Of a DNA stretch of 64,000 bases, positions 62,635-64,000 are shown piece after piece. Every line of letters starts with the position of its first letter. Position 1 is the stretch's first letter. The translations under genes were made by a program, and so were the position numbers. The stretch is taken from positions 224,001 to 288,000 of the forward strand of contig OZ220732.1 of assembly GCA_965116905.1 (NCBI GenBank). The letters run 5' to 3'. The notes beneath the pieces are model-generated. The model worked only from the letters and a program-made list of their open reading frames with translations, was not told where the DNA came from and made no database searches. The DNA is from Longimicrobiales bacterium. Its GTDB lineage: Bacteria; Gemmatimonadota; Gemmatimonadetes; Longimicrobiales; Gaopeijiaceae.

Positions 62635-64000
62635 AACGTTCGAAGCGCCAAACTCCCCGTACACGCACGCAGTTCCCCACATCACGTGTCGCGTCGCGCG
62701 TCGCCGGCGCCGCCGCGCCCGGTCGCGTGCCCGTCCAGGCTCTTCTGCTCGCCCTGGCCGTCGTCCTCCCCACGACCGCCTCCGCGCAGGAGCCCGAGCA
62801 GGTCGCCAGTGTCGAGGGCATCACCGAGTACCGTCTCGAGAACGGGCTGAGAGTCCTGCTGTTCCCGGACCAGAGCGCGCCCCAGACCACCGTCAACATC
62901 ACCTATTTCGTCGGCTCCCGTCACGAGGGATACGGCGAGACGGGGATGGCGCACCTCCTGGAGCACATGGTCTTCAAGGGCACGCCCAACCACCCGGACA
63001 TCCCCCAGGAGCTGAGCGAGCGGGGTGCGCTGCCGAACGGCACGACCTGGCTCGACCGCACGAACTACTTCGAGACCTTCCCGGCAACGTCGGACAACCT
63101 CGAGTGGGCGCTCGACCTGGAGTCGGACCGGATGGTGAATTCGTTCATCGCCGCCGAGGATCTCGAGTCGGAGATGACGGTGGTGCGCAACGAATGGGAA
63201 TCCGGCGAGAACAGTCCGTTCGGGGTGCTCTCCAAGCGCATGAACTCCATCGCCTACCTGTGGCACAACTACGGAAACTCGACCATCGGCGCCCGCGCCG
63301 ACCTGGAGAACGTGCCGATCGAGCGGCTGCAGGCGTTCTACCGCAAGTACTACCAGCCCGACAACGCCCAGCTCGTCATCGCCGGTCAGTTCGACACCGA
63401 CGAGGCGCTGGCGCTCGTCGCCGAGAAGTTCGGCGACATCCCGCGTCCGGACCGCACCGGCGACATGCGCATCTATCCCACGTATACCGCCGAACCCGTA
63501 CAGGACGGGGAGCGGATGGTGACGCTGCGCCGCACCGGCGACACGAAGCTGGTTTCGCACCTGTACCACGTCCCGGCCGGCTATCACGAGGACTTTGCGG
63601 CCGTCGACCTGCTGGCGTGGGTGCTCGGCAACCAGCCCTCGGGCCGGCTGTACCAGGCGCTCGTCGAATCCGGACTGGCCGCCTCCGTTCGCGCCGGCGC
63701 CGGTCAGCGGCGTGAGCCGGGAGCGCTGACGACTCTCGCAGTGGTGCGCGACGACGGCTCGGAGCAGGACGTGGCCGCCGCGATGGCCGACGCGATCCAG
63801 GAGGTGCTCACGCGCCCCGTCACGGGCGAAGAGGTGGAACGGGCGCGGGCCGCGCGGCTGTCCTCCATCGACCGCCTCTTCAACGATTCCCGCGCCATCG
63901 CCCTCCAGATGAGCGAGTGGGGAGCCATGGGTGACTGGCGCCTCTTCTTCGTCCATCGGGACCGTCTGCGCGAAGTGTCGGCCGAGGACGTCCAGCGCGT
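62631..64000 (+). CDS. M16 (pitrilysin) family zinc peptidase, 3' end outside window
   Basis: GTGA overlap; signal peptide; EGITEYRLENGL, GETGMAHLLEHMVFKG (HXXEH), DRTNYF, YYQPDNA; absent from the ORF track because there is no stop in the window. Confidence 0.93.
   Translation, partial: MKRSKRQTPRTRTQFPTSRVASRVAGAAAPGRVPVQALLLALAVVLPTTASAQEPEQVASVEGITEYRLENGLRVLLFPDQSAPQTTVNITYFVGSRHEGYGETGMAHLLEHMVFKGTPNHPDIPQELSERGALPNGTTWLDRTNYFETFPATSDNLEWALDLESDRMVNSFIAAEDLESEMTVVRNEWESGENSPFGVLSKRMNSIAYLWHNYGNSTIGARADLENVPIERLQAFYRKYYQPDNAQLVIAGQFDTDEALALVAEKFGDIPRPDRTGDMRIYPTYTAEPVQDGERMVTLRRTGDTKLVSHLYHVPAGYHEDFAAVDLLAWVLGNQPSGRLYQALVESGLAASVRAGAGQRREPGALTTLAVVRDDGSEQDVAAAMADAIQEVLTRPVTGEEVERARAARLSSIDRLFNDSRAIALQMSEWGAMGDWRLFFVHRDRLREVSAEDVQR

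Overview
GC-rich bacterial chromosomal window. The gene content (SusC/SusD pairs, PorX-like regulator, DUF5916 barrel, 6-bladed propeller proteins, many secreted peptidases) suggests Gemmatimonadota or another FCB-group lineage; this is an inference, not a search result. It holds about 55 densely packed CDS, with no rRNA, tRNA, CRISPR array or intact transposase seen. Housekeeping genes: gyrB, recF, dciA, ssb, infA, rpsU, addA/addB, msbA, lpxL-like, ctaB and beta-oxidation enzymes. The best candidate for a new system is a SusC-SusD-lipoprotein-S9-S9 locus (2283-11099). Both S9 peptidases keep the nucleophile Ser but have Tyr where the catalytic His should be, lack the canonical Asp, and share an unusual ELxHIKLLE motif. 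Other points of interest: a SusC-SusD-SusC' near-duplicate transporter trio running into a deoxyhypusine-synthase-like gene coupled to addBA, a PorX/PglZ regulator heading a lipid A operon, a toxin-antitoxin scar, a truncated peptidase stub, a structured rpsU leader, and frequent short tandem micro-duplications. All family calls come from motif recognition by eye.
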